Shown piece after piece: positions 1-9,106 of a DNA stretch of 64,000 nt. A program made the position numbers and the translations under genes. Every line of letters starts with the position of its first letter. Positions within the stretch are counted from its first letter, which is position 1. The notes beneath the pieces were generated by a model, which was given only the letters and a program-made list of their open reading frames with translations, ran no database searches and was not told the DNA's origin. Source of the stretch: Candidatus Woesearchaeota archaeon (GTDB lineage Archaea; Nanobdellota; Nanobdellia; Pacearchaeales; GW2011-AR1); NCBI GenBank assembly GCA_964639615.1, contig CAZXHH010000003.1:18294-82293 (forward strand), written 5' to 3'.

Positions 1-1703
1 TTTTCAACAGGATCTTCTGGCTTAATTTCATCATCTTGATCAAACTTCTTTATTTGCACAGGCTCACCATCAAAATCTTTATCTGCAAATTTATTTGTTA
101 CATTTCTAAAATCCATTATAGTAAAGAAATATTTTTTATAATCTGCATTAATTCTAGTTCCCCTTCCAATAATTTGTTTAAATTCAGTCATAGAACCAAT
201 ATTTGCATCTAAAACAATTAATTTACAAGTCTGTGCATCAACACCTGTATTCAAAAGTTTAGAAGTAGTTACAATAACAGGATATTTTTCAGCAGGATCA
301 ATAAATTTATCTAAATTTTTCTTGCCAATATTATCATCACCTGTAATTCTCATGATATATTTTTCATTTTCTTTAACTAAATCTTTATTCTCTTTTACTA
401 ATGCTTGTCTTAATCTTTCGGCATGCTCAATGTCTACACAAAAAACAATTGTTTTATCAAATCTATCTGTATTCTTCAAAAATTCAGTTATTTTTTTAGC
501 AACAACTTCTGTTCTTTCATCGATTACTAATTTTCTATCAAATTCTTTTGGAGTATAAATTTCATCGGGAATTTCATTACCATATTTATCTACTTCTCCT
601 TTTTTTGGTCTAAAACCTTGAACATCTTTATCTAAAGCAACTTTTATCACCCTATAAGGTGCTAAAAATCCATCTTCTATCCCTTGTCTTAATGAATAAG
701 TATAAACAGGTTTACCAAAATATTCCATGTTAGATATATCTCTTGTCTCTTTAGGGGTTGCAGTTAAACCTAGCTGAATCGCAGAATCAAAGTAATCTAA
801 AACTTCTCTCCAAGCAGAATCTGCCTTAGCACTTCCTCTATGACATTCATCAATAACAACTAAATCAAAAAATCCTTTAGAGAAATTTTTATAGATATTT
901 TTTCTTTCTTCTTCTCCAGAAACCCCTTGATAAATAGCAAAATAAATTTCATATGCAGGATCAGATTTTCTATGACTTACTTTGCAAGATACTTTTGTAA
1001 ATGGTTTGAAATCTTTATTCTTTGGATCATCAACTAGAATATTTCTATCAGATAGATAAAGAATTCTCTTTATTTTTTCAACTTTCTTCAATCTCCAAAT
1101 TGTTTGAAATGCAGTATAAGTTTTACCAGTTCCAGTAGCCATAACCAAAAGAATTCTTTTTTGGCCTTTTGCGATTGCTTCAATTACTCTATTTACTGCA
1201 ATTCTTTGATAATATCTAGGTTCTTTCCAATTTTGTTCAAAATAATAATCAGAAGTAATAAGTTTCTCCTCTTCTTCTTTAGTAATTCCTTTATATTTTT
1301 TATATTTCTCCCATAAAAATTCTGGTGAAGGAAATTTATCCAACTTTATCTCATTTTCATCTCCTGTAGTTTTATCATGAAAAATAAATTTATCACCATT
1401 AGAACTAAAAGCGAATGGTAAGTCCAAATCATTTGCATAATCTATTGCTTGCTGAAGTCCTTGTCCAGAAGTATGAGTATTATCTTTAGCCTCGATTACT
1501 CCCATTGGAAGACTTGGTTTATAATACAAAATGTAATCCACTTTTTTTGGATTTCCTCTTTTAATTGTTTTACCTGCAATAATTACTTTTCCAGCAGTAT
1601 AATAGAATTCTTCTCTGAATTTATCTTTCCAACCTGCCTTCATAATAGCAGGAGTAATAAATTGTGTCCTGATTTCAGTCTCAGTAAGTTGAGCCTTACT
1701 CAT
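1..1703 (-). CDS. hsdR: Type I restriction enzyme R subunit (HsdR), C-terminally truncated by the window edge
   Basis: Minus-strand ORF open from ATG at ~1703 to position 1, absent from the ORF track because there is no stop in the window. The translation starts MSKAQLTETEIRTQFITPAI, a typical HsdR N-terminus. It contains a helicase motif I (LLVMATGTGKTYTAFQ) and a DEAH-like motif II (VVIDECHRG). Confidence 0.8.
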   Translation of the reverse strand, partial: MSKAQLTETEIRTQFITPAIMKAGWKDKFREEFYYTAGKVIIAGKTIKRGNPKKVDYILYYKPSLPMGVIEAKDNTHTSGQGLQQAIDYANDLDLPFAFSSNGDKFIFHDKTTGDENEIKLDKFPSPEFLWEKYKKYKGITKEEEEKLITSDYYFEQNWKEPRYYQRIAVNRVIEAIAKGQKRILLVMATGTGKTYTAFQTIWRLKKVEKIKRILYLSDRNILVDDPKNKDFKPFTKVSCKVSHRKSDPAYEIYFAIYQGVSGEEERKNIYKNFSKGFFDLVVIDECHRGSAKADSAWREVLDYFDSAIQLGLTATPKETRDISNMEYFGKPVYTYSLRQGIEDGFLAPYRVIKVALDKDVQGFRPKKGEVDKYGNEIPDEIYTPKEFDRKLVIDERTEVVAKKITEFLKNTDRFDKTIVFCVDIEHAERLRQALVKENKDLVKENEKYIMRITGDDNIGKKNLDKFIDPAEKYPVIVTTSKLLNTGVDAQTCKLIVLDANIGSMTEFKQIIGRGTRINADYKKYFFTIMDFRNVTNKFADKDFDGEPVQIKKFDQDDEIKPEDPVE

Positions 1704-1752
1704 ATTTTTTATAAGAATTTACAATATAAAAGATTATCATTTCTTCTTAGAA

Positions 1753-2253
1753 TTATTTAGCAACTCCTTCATCATCAAATTTCATACCTTTATCTTTTGT
1801 TAACTCTTGAGGTATTCTATATTCTTCAAACTTAACCCTCTTCTTATCTATTGCTCCCTTAAGGTTCTTTTCTTGAGGGGAAATCTTAGCATTTCCAGAT
1901 TTAACTTCAACAAAAATAACTTCATCTATTTTCTTTTCATCCATTCCCTTGAAAACAATAAAATCGGTTGGCTTTCCTAAAAATCTGCATTCTGTTGGAA
2001 GATAAGGAAAATTAGGCAAATAAGGAGCAAGATTTTCTGAGAACTGCCCGCCTAAAACAGCTCTTGATTTCATTATAGCTTCTTTCCTATAATCAGGTAA
2101 AGCATCTTGCCATTCTTTTTCTTTTTGAAAAATTCCTGCCTTATGTCCCAGTCTATAAGCTATAAATAAACCTATTAAAAGAATTATGAAAAGAATTATT
2201 GTAATGAGTTCCATTTTAATATAATCCCAAAACACTAGCAATCCAACCTCCAA
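1753..2253 (-). CDS. Membrane-anchored PD-(D/E)xK nuclease, Holliday-junction-resolvase-like (COG4741-like)
   Basis: N-terminal TM helix followed by a D...EVK core (PTDFIVF...VIFVEVKSG...QEK). The real start may be the internal Met (MELITIIL) near 2214. Confidence 0.45.
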   Translation of the reverse strand: MEVGLLVFWDYIKMELITIILFIILLIGLFIAYRLGHKAGIFQKEKEWQDALPDYRKEAIMKSRAVLGGQFSENLAPYLPNFPYLPTECRFLGKPTDFIVFKGMDEKKIDEVIFVEVKSGNAKISPQEKNLKGAIDKKRVKFEEYRIPQELTKDKGMKFDDEGVAK

Positions 2254-2401
2254 ACCAAAATGCTAATCCAAAAAAAGTTAAATATCCTATAATAATTATC
2301 ATTCTCCACCAAGAATTAGCATGTTTCCAAACTAATTTATTTCTTTTGAACTTTTCTTCATTAATTTCTCTTTCTAATTTTTTTAATTTATCTTCTTTCA
2401 T
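2216..2401 (-). CDS. Small membrane protein
   Basis: 61-aa ORF with one hydrophobic helix. Its ATG lies one base from the stop of the upstream small ORF (TAAAATG). Confidence 0.3.
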   Translation of the reverse strand: MKEDKLKKLEREINEEKFKRNKLVWKHANSWWRMIIIIGYLTFFGLAFWFGGWIASVLGLY

Positions 2402-2402
2402 T

Positions 2403-2540
2403 TTAAATTGTAATTAATGCTATGATTATAAGTGCAATAAGTCCTGAAATCAAGGTAACAAATCCAAAAAGTCCTAAAACGATTATTAATTTAGACCATC
2501 CGTCAGCATATTTCCACATCAAATCAAAGCTTTTTTTCAT
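2403..2540 (-). CDS. Small membrane protein (45 aa), not in the ORF track
   Basis: My manual translation gives MKKSFDLMWKYADGWSKLIIVLGLFGFVTLISGLIALIIIALITI. It is translationally coupled to the 2216..2401 ORF. Confidence 0.22.
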   Translation of the reverse strand: MKKSFDLMWKYADGWSKLIIVLGLFGFVTLISGLIALIIIALITI

Positions 2541-2578
2541 AGATAATTAAACATTTCTTTAAATTTAAACTTTTTTAT

Positions 2579-2734
2579 TCAATCTTTCCAAATACCAATG
2601 GCTAAAGAAACAATTGCTAAAACAAAAAGCCACATTAAAATATCTCCAGAAGCATCTTTTCCAAAAACATATCTTGTTATAACCCCCAATAGAGTAGAAA
2701 TTATTGATATCCCCAATAACCATTTATTGACCAT
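2579..2734 (-). CDS. Small membrane protein (51 aa), not in the ORF track
   Basis: My manual translation gives MVNKWLLGISIISTLLGVITRYVFGKDASGDILMWLFVLAIVSLAIGIWKD, with two hydrophobic helices. Confidence 0.2.
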   Translation of the reverse strand: MVNKWLLGISIISTLLGVITRYVFGKDASGDILMWLFVLAIVSLAIGIWKD

Positions 2735-2769
2735 TATTTATTTAATATTAAATGTTTTATAAACACTGC

Positions 2770-3453
2770 TTACGCCCCAACAACCCTCAACAACTCCCTA
2801 ACATCCTCTATTTCGAAATCAGCTCCGCTTTTTCCGGGCGCAGGCGGTTTTGCAACACCATATCTTGCAAAACATGTCTTTAATCCAATCCTCTTTGCAG
2901 TATGAATATCTCTTTCTATTCTATCTCCAACCATCATTGCTTCTTCTGGTTTCAAATTCAATTGCTTCAGTGCAGAATTAAATGGAATAGGAGAATTCTT
3001 CTGTCTCTTAACATCACTCTTAGCTATAACAATATCAAAGAAACTATCAATCTTCATTGAAATCAATCTCATCCAAGCTTTCATACTTGGAGCATCACTT
3101 ACAACAGCTAATTTATACTTCTTTTTCAACTTAGTCAAAACAGGTATAACCCCAGAATAAGGAACAAGATAATTCTCCTTAGCTTTTCTATATGCAAGAA
3201 CACCAGAAGCTAATATCTTATAATCCAGTTTTCCATTTCCTTTCTTTATTATCTTTTCAAAAACATCTCTATACTCCATACTCCTTTTTTCATAAATACT
3301 ATAAATCTCTCTCATACCCTCTTCTTTCTTCATCTTCAATCCTTTAGAAATCATCATCTCAACAGCAGCCTCACAGCTCTTTTCTTTCATCTTAAAGAAA
3401 TCTATTAGTGTATTATCAATATCAAAAAGAATTGCTTTAATTTCCGAATGCAT
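2770..3453 (-). CDS. HAD-superfamily hydrolase (phosphatase-like)
   Basis: HAD motif I DxDxT (LFDIDNTL) at the N-terminus, with the expected downstream motifs (VSDAPS and GDRIERD). Confidence 0.7.
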   Translation of the reverse strand: MHSEIKAILFDIDNTLIDFFKMKEKSCEAAVEMMISKGLKMKKEEGMREIYSIYEKRSMEYRDVFEKIIKKGNGKLDYKILASGVLAYRKAKENYLVPYSGVIPVLTKLKKKYKLAVVSDAPSMKAWMRLISMKIDSFFDIVIAKSDVKRQKNSPIPFNSALKQLNLKPEEAMMVGDRIERDIHTAKRIGLKTCFARYGVAKPPAPGKSGADFEIEDVRELLRVVGA

Positions 3454-3524
3454 AAATAGAATAAGAGAAAGAGGAATTTAAATTTATCCAAAAAATTTTT
3501 AATCCCTTACATCCTGCAATTATT

Positions 3525-3917
3525 ATGGTAAAAGGATTTTACAAAGATAAAGATGGGCATATAATTCCAGATTGTCTAGTAGATGATGCCTACAAATATT
3601 TTGGAATGGATTACTTATCTAGAATGGAATATGAAGCAGATAGAGAGAAAGGAACAGAAAAATTAAACAAGCTTTTAGGAAAACCCCTTATTGAAATTGA
3701 ACCAATTAAACCTCTAATTGATTTTACTCCTAAGATAAACTTACCTCCTATTGAACCAATTAAACCTTTGATTGATTTTACTCCTAAAATAGATATTCCA
3801 TTAATTAATACAGATCCTTTACCAAAAATTACTCTAAAAGATAATTTTGATTATGATCCATTTAATCTAAATAAAAAGTCAAAGAAAAAACCTTGGGAAT
3901 TAGACTTAGATATCTAA
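3525..3917 (+). CDS. Hypothetical protein with tandem IEPIKPLIDFTPKI repeats
   Basis: Two near-identical 14-aa repeats. The underlying DNA is directly repeated at ~3697..3740 and ~3757..3800. Confidence 0.4.
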   Translation: MVKGFYKDKDGHIIPDCLVDDAYKYFGMDYLSRMEYEADREKGTEKLNKLLGKPLIEIEPIKPLIDFTPKINLPPIEPIKPLIDFTPKIDIPLINTDPLPKITLKDNFDYDPFNLNKKSKKKPWELDLDI

Positions 3918-4154
3918 TTACTTCTTTCTCTGTCTCTCACTTCTCAAGAAGAAAAGCAAAAGTGAAAGCGATAGTATAAATGAAGCAATACCAAGCAATC
4001 CAGTCTGATAATAACTAATATCTTCAATTACAAAAAATCCTGTTGTCTTTGATGTCATAAATGAAGCTCCAATAGATAAAAACAAAATTGATGCTGTTAG
4101 AGGAATAAAATCCTCAAGACTTCTTTTTTTAATTTTTTTATTGATTTTTTTCAT
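3918..4154 (-). CDS. Small membrane protein
   Basis: 78-aa ORF with two hydrophobic segments and a basic C-terminus. Confidence 0.3.
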   Translation of the reverse strand: MKKINKKIKKRSLEDFIPLTASILFLSIGASFMTSKTTGFFVIEDISYYQTGLLGIASFILSLSLLLFFLRSERQRKK

Positions 4155-4155
4155 C

Positions 4156-4413
4156 TTACTTTTTTTTGTTTTTACCTCTCTTTGGTCCAGTTCTCTGTCT
4201 TGAAAATATACTAACTAGTTTATCATCAATTTTTTCATCATAAATTGAAGTCTTCCACTGATTAATTGTGCTTCTTCTTAAGATATCTTCAATCTGCTCA
4301 GGAAGACTCATCATATTCTTCTTTGCTCTTTTCTCAAGATGATCAACTAACTCTTCACTTAAAAATAAAGTTACCATTTTCTTATCAGAATTATCTTGTT
4401 TTTTAGCCACCAT
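4156..4413 (-). CDS. Ribbon-helix-helix (CopG/Arc-like) DNA-binding protein
   Basis: An RHH-like strand-helix-helix core (MVTLFLSEELVDHLEKRAKKNMMSLPEQIEDILRR) followed by a basic tail. Confidence 0.4.
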   Translation of the reverse strand: MVAKKQDNSDKKMVTLFLSEELVDHLEKRAKKNMMSLPEQIEDILRRSTINQWKTSIYDEKIDDKLVSIFSRQRTGPKRGKNKKK

Positions 4414-4418
4414 TTTAA

Positions 4419-4676
4419 TTATTTATACTTCCCACTTTTATTCAAACACTCTGTTCTATTAACACTTGAGCTTGTAAAATGTTCACATTTCAAACTGACT
4501 GTGTTGCAAACTCCAGAAAAATTTCCACCATTTAAACTGCAATCTGCATCTGCAGTACAAGTTTTTTCATAATTAATTGAACAGATATGAATTTTAGATT
4601 TAGAACTTTCAATCTGCCATAATGCAATTGCAATTACAAAAATAATAATTAAGAAGATAATTGTGCCTTTTTTCAT
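4419..4676 (-). CDS. Small secreted cysteine-rich protein
   Basis: N-terminal signal or anchor helix followed by 8 Cys within ~60 residues and NxT/S sequons. Confidence 0.35.
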   Translation of the reverse strand: MKKGTIIFLIIIFVIAIALWQIESSKSKIHICSINYEKTCTADADCSLNGGNFSGVCNTVSLKCEHFTSSSVNRTECLNKSGKYK

Positions 4677-4677
4677 C

Positions 4678-4962
4678 TTATTTTTTACTTCCTACATACA
4701 CTTTCTGAACAGCAAAACTCTTATAGATTCCCTCTAAAATATCAGTTCCTGCATATCCTGCAAGAAGAGAAAGTCTAGCATCAAAATTAAATATTAATCC
4801 TGTAAATATCCCTATCACAACTGCAATAAGAACTGTAATAGCATAATATCCCCAGATGATTTTTCTCCTAAGAGAAAAAGCTTTCAGCAAACCAACTACT
4901 CCTCTTGTCAGACCTCCAACTCCTCCTAAAAGAGCAGGAAGAAACAATAATTCTGATACCAT
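4678..4962 (-). CDS. Small membrane protein
   Basis: 94 aa with three predicted TM helices and Gly-rich stretches. Confidence 0.3.
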   Translation of the reverse strand: MVSELLFLPALLGGVGGLTRGVVGLLKAFSLRRKIIWGYYAITVLIAVVIGIFTGLIFNFDARLSLLAGYAGTDILEGIYKSFAVQKVYVGSKK

Positions 4963-5064
4963 TTCACCTCTTTAATTATTATGAAAATGGATTTTATAAA
5001 TATTTAGAAAATATAATAACTTATTCTTACAATACTTTATATACACCAATTTGCTGAGCCTTTT

Positions 5065-5232
5065 ATGGGAAATAGAAAAAGATTAAGAAAGCATAAGCAA
5101 TATGCAATGAATAGACGAGCTATATCTGGAAAAAAACCAATGTCTGAAGAAGCAAAAGTAAATAGAAAGAAAATAAGCGATGCAGACAGAATAAGAACAA
5201 AAGCAGATTTGAATAAAAAATCAAAGAAGTAA
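5065..5232 (+). CDS. Small basic protein (55 aa), not in the ORF track
   Basis: My manual translation gives MGNRKRLRKHKQYAMNRRAISGKKPMSEEAKVNRKKISDADRIRTKADLNKKSKK, which is Lys/Arg-rich. Confidence 0.2.
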   Translation: MGNRKRLRKHKQYAMNRRAISGKKPMSEEAKVNRKKISDADRIRTKADLNKKSKK

Positions 5233-5282
5233 TATTATTATCTTCCAAATAGTTTTATATACCAATCTTCTTTAAACTAGAG

Positions 5283-5444
5283 ATGGCATCAACACCACCA
5301 GGCGCGCAAAAGATGAAGATTGACTACACTGTGGATAAAAAAGTCTATGACGATTTTGCAAAGAATTGTAGCAAAAAAGGATTTGCTCCTCAAATTGTAG
5401 TTGAAAGACTTATGAAGAAGTTCAATGAAACAGGACAGATGTAA
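5283..5444 (+). CDS. Small RHH-like protein (53 aa), not in the ORF track
   Basis: My manual translation gives MASTPPGAQKMKIDYTVDKKVYDDFAKNCSKKGFAPQIVVERLMKKF..., a strand-helix-helix pattern like CopG/ParD antitoxins. Confidence 0.22.
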   Translation: MASTPPGAQKMKIDYTVDKKVYDDFAKNCSKKGFAPQIVVERLMKKFNETGQM

Positions 5445-5452
5445 GAAAGTTC

Positions 5453-6379
5453 TTATTTATTATATCTTACAGATAAATTATAATTTGTATCTCCGTTCTG
5501 CGCAAAAATTAAAAAAGTATATCCAGGTTTAACTATAAATTCTTTTTCAAAATTAGTTTCAGAATTAAATGTCCAGATATCTTCCCCATTTAACTGTCTA
5601 TCAGCAGAAAGTCTTTTGGCATCATCAGGATCAGAACTTATAACAACTTTACAACTCTTTGAGGCTTCAAAATCTATTACTGCTTTAGTAGGATAATCTA
5701 TCCCAGAATCTTCAGGATACAAATTTATTGCATCTACTTTTCTGCTCTCTAAAAATTCATTTTCATAAACTAAAGCTATTTTTGCAAATATTACTACAGC
5801 ATAACAAGTATATTCTTCAGAGTTGTCTATTCTTTTACAGCTTAAACCAATACCCACATCACTAAATGTAGGAGGAATATTTGTATCTACAATAGGACCC
5901 CTTAATGCAGGATTTGCTAACCATCCATTAACAATATCTCTTGAAATAGGAGTATTTTTATTAACCTCTCCAGAATATAAGTTCTCTGTTGCTTCCCAAT
6001 AAAAAACAGCATTTTTTCCCAATCTATCATACACATCTTTTCCTGCAGGGTCTTTATGAGAAAAGAATCCTTCAGCAATCATTCTATCACTATACTGCTG
6101 AGCAACAGCATCAAGCAAAGCATTTCTATTCAAATCAACAATTTTTTTATTATGTCTCTCAGAATTCATTAAATTAAAAATTCCTTCTTTTGCATTTGAA
6201 ATATCCTCTTGTGTTAATTCAAAATTAAATTGAGGAGTTTCCTTATTAATCTCCTTATTAAGTATAACATTTGAAGTCAATGAATTTGAAGGCTTATGTA
6301 AAATAAAGAATAATGCTATTGCCAATAATACTCCTACAAAAGCAAAAAACATAATATCTTTAACAACTCTCTTCTCCAT
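5453..6379 (-). CDS. Membrane-anchored CAP/SCP (PR-1-like) domain protein
   Basis: N-terminal TM anchor, then a CAP-domain stretch (SERHNKKIVDLNRNALLDAVAQQYSDRMIAEGFFSHKDPAGKDVYDRL), then a C-terminal Cys-containing domain. Confidence 0.55.
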   Translation of the reverse strand: MEKRVVKDIMFFAFVGVLLAIALFFILHKPSNSLTSNVILNKEINKETPQFNFELTQEDISNAKEGIFNLMNSERHNKKIVDLNRNALLDAVAQQYSDRMIAEGFFSHKDPAGKDVYDRLGKNAVFYWEATENLYSGEVNKNTPISRDIVNGWLANPALRGPIVDTNIPPTFSDVGIGLSCKRIDNSEEYTCYAVVIFAKIALVYENEFLESRKVDAINLYPEDSGIDYPTKAVIDFEASKSCKVVISSDPDDAKRLSADRQLNGEDIWTFNSETNFEKEFIVKPGYTFLIFAQNGDTNYNLSVRYNK

Positions 6380-6415
6380 TATGTTTTAACAACACTCTTG
6401 TTTATATCTTTTTCT

Positions 6416-7045
6416 CTAATCTAAAAGTTGTTTCAATTTCTTAATAGGGTCTTTGGCCTTTGTAATAACAGAAGCAAATGCAACACCTTCAGCACCTAAT
6501 TTACACGCAATTTCAATATCTTCTTTTGTATTTATTCCTGCACCAACTAAAAATTTCATTTTAAGCTTCTTCTTAATATTCTTAATTAACTCTGGCTTTT
6601 CTTTAGAAACAGATTTTGTTCCTCCAACTAACTCAGGAGGCTCAATTGCTAAAAAATCTGGCTTTAATTTTTCAACTTTTTCTGCTTCTCTAACACTTGC
6701 AGCAAAAACTAAAGTCTTTAATTTAAGCTTCTTACATCTTTCAATTGTTTTCTTCAGTGTAACAAAATCTAACTTGTGTTCAGAATGATTCAAGAAAGTT
6801 CCAACAGCTCCATCTTTCTTTACAGCTTCAGGAAGAATATATCCTGTAGCCCTTCCAGTTTCAAAATAATCAACATGCTGAGCAAATATCTTGAGCTTTG
6901 TTTTCTTTGCAATTTCATAAACATCGCTTGCCTGAACTCCTAAAATTATATTCTTATCAACTTTCTCTATTTTCTTTGCAAGTTCAACTGCTTTTTTCCC
7001 TTGCTGATATGTTTTTAGATTTATTACAATTATTGGTTTTGTCAT
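6416..7045 (-). CDS. tpiA: Triosephosphate isomerase (archaeal short form)
   Basis: At 209 aa it matches the archaeal short form. It has the N-terminal IVINLKTY motif, LNHSEH and AIEPPELVGG. Confidence 0.8.
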   Translation of the reverse strand: MTKPIIVINLKTYQQGKKAVELAKKIEKVDKNIILGVQASDVYEIAKKTKLKIFAQHVDYFETGRATGYILPEAVKKDGAVGTFLNHSEHKLDFVTLKKTIERCKKLKLKTLVFAASVREAEKVEKLKPDFLAIEPPELVGGTKSVSKEKPELIKNIKKKLKMKFLVGAGINTKEDIEIACKLGAEGVAFASVITKAKDPIKKLKQLLD

Positions 7046-7443
7046 TTTTTATTCTTTCTTTTAATTCCTTTAGATTTATCATTTTTCCTTCTTTTCCAAT
7101 TTAAAATCCATAATACTCCTATAATAAATGCTGGTCCTGCAATTATAACAGACCAAGAGAGCATATACCATTCAAAGTTTGAACTAATAAATAAGTTTAC
7201 AATATAAATCAATCCTGCAAAAATAAATGCTATTCCTCCAATAATCTCATGTTTCCAAGAGATAATTAGTATAATTATTAATATAAAACTTGGAATAAGA
7301 TGCATAAATAATCCCAAGAGAGTTCCCCAGAATCCCAATTTTAGATCAAATATATCCAATGCAAAGAGACTTATGAATAAAATAAATATTATAGACAAAA
7401 TTCTAGGTGCCCAATATAAACATTTTCTCATTTTCATTTCCAA
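7042..7443 (-). CDS. Polytopic small membrane protein
   Basis: 133 aa with four hydrophobic helices and a basic C-terminal tail. It overlaps the tpiA start by 4 nt. Confidence 0.35.
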   Translation of the reverse strand: MEMKMRKCLYWAPRILSIIFILFISLFALDIFDLKLGFWGTLLGLFMHLIPSFILIIILIISWKHEIIGGIAFIFAGLIYIVNLFISSNFEWYMLSWSVIIAGPAFIIGVLWILNWKRRKNDKSKGIKRKNKK

Positions 7444-8198
7444 ACAATAGCTTTAATCTTCTTTGTAAGTTCTAATGGTTTCTCACTCTGCCAAACATTT
7501 CTTCCAACTGCAAGACCAATACATCCTGAATTCATAATCTCCTGAACTTTTTTTAAGAAAGCTTTTTCATCCTCTTTGCTTCCGCCAGCAACAACAACTT
7601 TTGTTTTTCCTGCAGCCTTAACAGCCCAACTCAAATCCTTTTCTGTTCCTGAAAATTGAATCTTAATAATATCCGCTCCAATCTCCAACCCAGTTCTTGC
7701 AGCATATTCCATTAACTTTGCTTTTTCTTTTTCATTTTTCAATTTCTTTTCAATAGATTTTCCTCTTGGATAAATCCAAACAATTACAGGAAGACCTTTT
7801 TTGTGTGCTTCTCTTTGAATATTTTCAAACTCCTGAAACATTTCATCCTCATAACTACTTCCAATGTAAATGGTATATCCAACAGCTTTAGCACCTAGAG
7901 AAATAGCTTCTTTAACTGTACACAATTGCCTGCTTATTGGTTCTCCTTTGACTAAGTTTGTCTTCCCATTCAGCTTTACAATTAATGGAATTTTACTTCT
8001 CTTAATTTCTTTCTGATATTTTTCAGCAATTCCTTTTTGAAAAACAACTCCACTATATTTTCCTTTTTTTGCAATATCAATTATATAATTAGGATCAACA
8101 TTGTCATCATTAAAATCAGTTGGACCATGCTCTAATCCCTGGTCATATGCAAGAAGAAGTGTTCTTCCTTTTTTTGTTAACTTATTTAGACTAATCAT
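7434..8198 (-). CDS. fba: Class I fructose-bisphosphate aldolase, archaeal DhnA/FbaB type
   Basis: About 254 aa with a TIM-barrel pattern. The Schiff-base region is ADIIKIQFSG, and it sits in an operon with the kinase and TIM genes. Confidence 0.7.
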   Translation of the reverse strand: MISLNKLTKKGRTLLLAYDQGLEHGPTDFNDDNVDPNYIIDIAKKGKYSGVVFQKGIAEKYQKEIKRSKIPLIVKLNGKTNLVKGEPISRQLCTVKEAISLGAKAVGYTIYIGSSYEDEMFQEFENIQREAHKKGLPVIVWIYPRGKSIEKKLKNEKEKAKLMEYAARTGLEIGADIIKIQFSGTEKDLSWAVKAAGKTKVVVAGGSKEDEKAFLKKVQEIMNSGCIGLAVGRNVWQSEKPLELTKKIKAIVWK

Positions 8199-9106
8199 TT
8201 CAATTTCATCCTCAATAAATTATTCTTAGCTCCAAAATGCTGAATAACAGATTCAGATTCTTTTAATCCTAGTTTCAAACTTTCATCAATTGACAATCCA
8301 ACAACTTGTCCTGCAACAAAACCAGAAGCAAATGCATCTCCAGCACCTGTTCTTTCAACAACTTTAATATCTTTATGCGGAACTAAAGAGTATTTTTGTT
8401 TTCCATCAAAACAACTAATTAATTTATTTTTATCAGTTATAACAACAATTCCATTAGTAAGTGCATAAAGTCCTCTCAATGTATCTTTTTCTCTTGGAAA
8501 ACTTTTCTTAACAAGCATTTCAGCTTCTTCTTTATTCAAAATCAAAACATCAATCAATTTCAACAACTTAGTCAAATTCAAATTCTTAATCTGATAACTG
8601 CTTGGATTAAATGCAATCTTAACTCCCTTTGCTTTCAATCTATATGCAAGTGCTTCCTGAGTTTCAAAGCTTTTTCCTAAAAGAGAACTCAAATACAACC
8701 ATTTAGTTTTGAATTTTTTAATATCATTCCAAGTTATTTCATCATTTGCACCTTTGTAAGTTAAAATTGTTCTATCTCCACCTTTACTATCAAGAATTAC
8801 AGAGTAACCACTCAATTCACCTTCAACAATTTTCCCTAAATATCTTACTCTTTCTCTATCAAGCAAATTAAGAATTCTTTTTCCATTTTCATCATTTCCT
8901 AATTCAGAGATGCAACCTGATTTTAATCCTAATCTTGCAAATGCAACAGAAGTGTTTGTTCCTGCTCCACCAACATCAAACTTAAGTTCTTTAATTAAGA
9001 CCTTATCTCCAACCTTATAATTCATAAAACCTTTTTTTTCAGCAACATCTGTATGTACAAATACATCAACTACAGCAGAACCAAAACTCACAACATCAAA
9101 TCTCAT
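8195..9106 (-). CDS. PfkB-family sugar kinase (ribokinase/phosphofructokinase-like)
   Basis: Carries the GAGDAF anion-hole motif and the N-terminal GG dipeptide (DVGGAGTN). Its context directly upstream of fba and tpi suggests a PfkB-type 6-phosphofructokinase. Confidence 0.65.
   Translation of the reverse strand: MRFDVVSFGSAVVDVFVHTDVAEKKGFMNYKVGDKVLIKELKFDVGGAGTNTSVAFARLGLKSGCISELGNDENGKRILNLLDRERVRYLGKIVEGELSGYSVILDSKGGDRTILTYKGANDEITWNDIKKFKTKWLYLSSLLGKSFETQEALAYRLKAKGVKIAFNPSSYQIKNLNLTKLLKLIDVLILNKEEAEMLVKKSFPREKDTLRGLYALTNGIVVITDKNKLISCFDGKQKYSLVPHKDIKVVERTGAGDAFASGFVAGQVVGLSIDESLKLGLKESESVIQHFGAKNNLLRMKLK

Noticed and set aside
322-1760. Plus-strand ORFs 322..558, 1104..1316 and 1449..1760
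   Set aside because: They are antisense to the long, well-supported hsdR reading frame. They have low-complexity Ser/Phe/Leu-rich translations typical of AT-rich antisense frames.
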